Assembly (NCBI GenBank): GCA_963742735.1
Contig: CAVUMN010000002.1
Coordinates: forward strand, 160,694 to 224,693
From: an uncultured Actinomycetes bacterium
Lineage (GTDB): Bacteria > Actinomycetota > UBA4738 > JBBDTT01
Reading direction: 5' to 3'
DNA: 64,000 nt
Position 1 is the stretch's first letter, and each line of letters opens with the position of its first letter. The notes below the pieces were generated by a model. The model did not search any database. It saw only the letters and a list, made by a program, of their open reading frames with translations, and was not told the origin of the DNA. A program made the translations under genes and the position numbers. Positions 62,675-64,000 of this stretch are shown here, in pieces.

Positions 62675-62955
62675 ATGGCCGCCGCAGCCAAGAAGGACGA
62701 CCTCAAGGCGCAAGTTCGAAGCGGCCGCCGCGGCCGCGAAGCAGACGAAGAAGAAGCCCGACAACGCGACGCTGCTCAAGCTCTACTCGTACTACAAGCA
62801 GGCCACCGAGGGCGACGTGCAAGGGCGACCGCCCGGGCGGCTTCGACTTCGTCGGCGGCGCGAAGTACGACGCCTGGGCCAAGCTCAAGGGGATGAGCGC
62901 GGACGAAGCGATGACGAACTACATCAAGCAGGTCGACAAGCTCAACCGCGAGTGA
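62675..62955 (+). CDS. acyl-CoA-binding protein (indels)
   Basis: PDNATLLKLYSYYKQATEGD...RPG..DFVG.AKYDAWAKLKGMS.DEAM..YI. Confidence 0.88.
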
Positions 62956-63535
62956 GCGCCAGCGTCGCGCGAAAGGCCTTCGCCGGCCCGGCGGGCCTTT
63001 TCTTGCGCGCGGTCGACGCGACTGCGCTGCGCGCTTCGCCGATCTTCGCGGCGCGCTGGCCGGCGCTTGCTCGCGTGCCTGCGCACGGCCTTCGCTGCCG
63101 CTCCGCCCGACGCCTTGATGAGCTCGTTCACCGCTTCGGACAGCGCGTCGACGCGCTGCGACAGGCGCTCGACGTCGCTTTGCGTGTGCACGCCGAGCTT
63201 GCGACAGCGCCCGCGCCGACGCGCTCCTCGAACACCTGCTCGAGCTTGTCCCACGTGCCGCCGACGCCGTCCTTCACTTCCTTCGCCTTGGCCTTGGCGG
63301 CGCCGCGCGCGGCGGCCGCGGTGTCCGACGGCCGCCTGCGCGCGTCTTGGACTCGAGCGCCTCGCCCTGCTTGCACGAGCGCTTCGAACATCCGCATGCC
63401 TTCGGCCTGCGCGCGCGAGAACGCGCCGAGCCCGGCGAGCCAGATGCTGCGCGACGAGTCCATCGCCGGCTTGGTGTCGTCCTTGCCTTCCGCGGCCTCG
63501 TTGTCGGCCGCTGCTTCCCGGGCTTTCTTGAGCAT
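62950..63535 (-). CDS. phasin PhaF/PhaI family protein (indels; end approximate)
   Basis: IWLAGLGAFSRAQAEG..MFEALV, WDKLEQVFEERV, basic tail. Confidence 0.85.
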
Positions 63536-64000
63536 GCGTTTTTCTCCGGAGTCGCTTCGATGCCGCGAGCCATTCTAGGCGCGCGGCATCGAAGCGACTG
63601 CGAAAAACGCATGCTCAAGAAAGCCCGTGAAGCAGCGGCTGGCAACGAGGCCGCGGAAGGCAATGACGACACCAAGCCGGCGATGGACTCGTCGCAGCAT
63701 CTGGCTCGCCGGGCTCCGCGCGTCTCGCGCGCGCAGGCCGAAGGCATGCACATGTTCGAGAACCTCGTCAGACACTGCGAGTCCAGGACACGGCAGGCTG
63801 CATCCGGACGGGCCGCCGCGCGCGGCGCCGCCAAGGCGAAGGTGACGAGGAAGAGAAGAACGGCGTGAGCAGACGTGGGACAAGCTCGAGCAGGTGTTCG
63901 AGGCGCGCGTCGGGCGGGCGCTTGGCAAGCTCGGCGTGCATTCGCAGGCGGACGTCGAGCGCCTCGCGCGTCGACGCGCACTGTCAGAAGCGGTGAACGA
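63130..64000. repeat. fold-back inverted duplication centred near 63575
   Basis: 63580-64000 is a noisy reverse complement of ~63150-63570 (MLKKAREAA...EGKDDTKPAMDSS on both strands). Confidence 0.92.

Noticed and set aside
49852-64000. Mass pseudogenisation or alternative genetic code
   Set aside because: Defects are uniform indels rather than consistent stop reassignments, and the two fold-back arms differ from each other, indicating raw read error

Overview
High-GC long-read (nanopore-like) sequence that appears to join DNA from at least three organisms; taxonomic calls are inferred from gene content. (1) 1-~47,700 is an actinobacterial chromosome segment with occasional indel errors. It carries a DUF4062-STAND-TPR gene, ppdK, two paralogous toxin-antitoxin-like gene pairs bracketing a secreted NlpC/P60 operon, dgt-dnaG-rpoD, tRNA-Asn/Ile2/Val, an internally deleted IS481-family element with a 15-bp duplication at the tRNA-Ile2 3' end, rnhA, rnpB and a 2-oxoacid dehydrogenase/lipoate region (lipA, E1a/E1b, lipB, E2, lpdA, gcvT). 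(2) ~47,700-49,845 holds an IS3 fragment, a non-actinobacterial tRNA-Glu, a nucleotidyltransferase-type pair and a truncated M23-peptidase-like gene (Acidobacteria-like). (3) ~49,850-64,000 is a very error-rich proteobacterial lipid-storage cluster (fadE, PsrA-like TetR, PHA-granule protein, GMC oxidoreductase, phasins, patatin, WS/DGAT, ACBP) ending in a fold-back inversion. Best novelty candidates: the duplicated PPGFMDRPEVK / RelE-ParE-like modules, the tRNA-adjacent mini-IS481, a stand-alone RadA-type Zn-ribbon microprotein and the lipid-body cluster.
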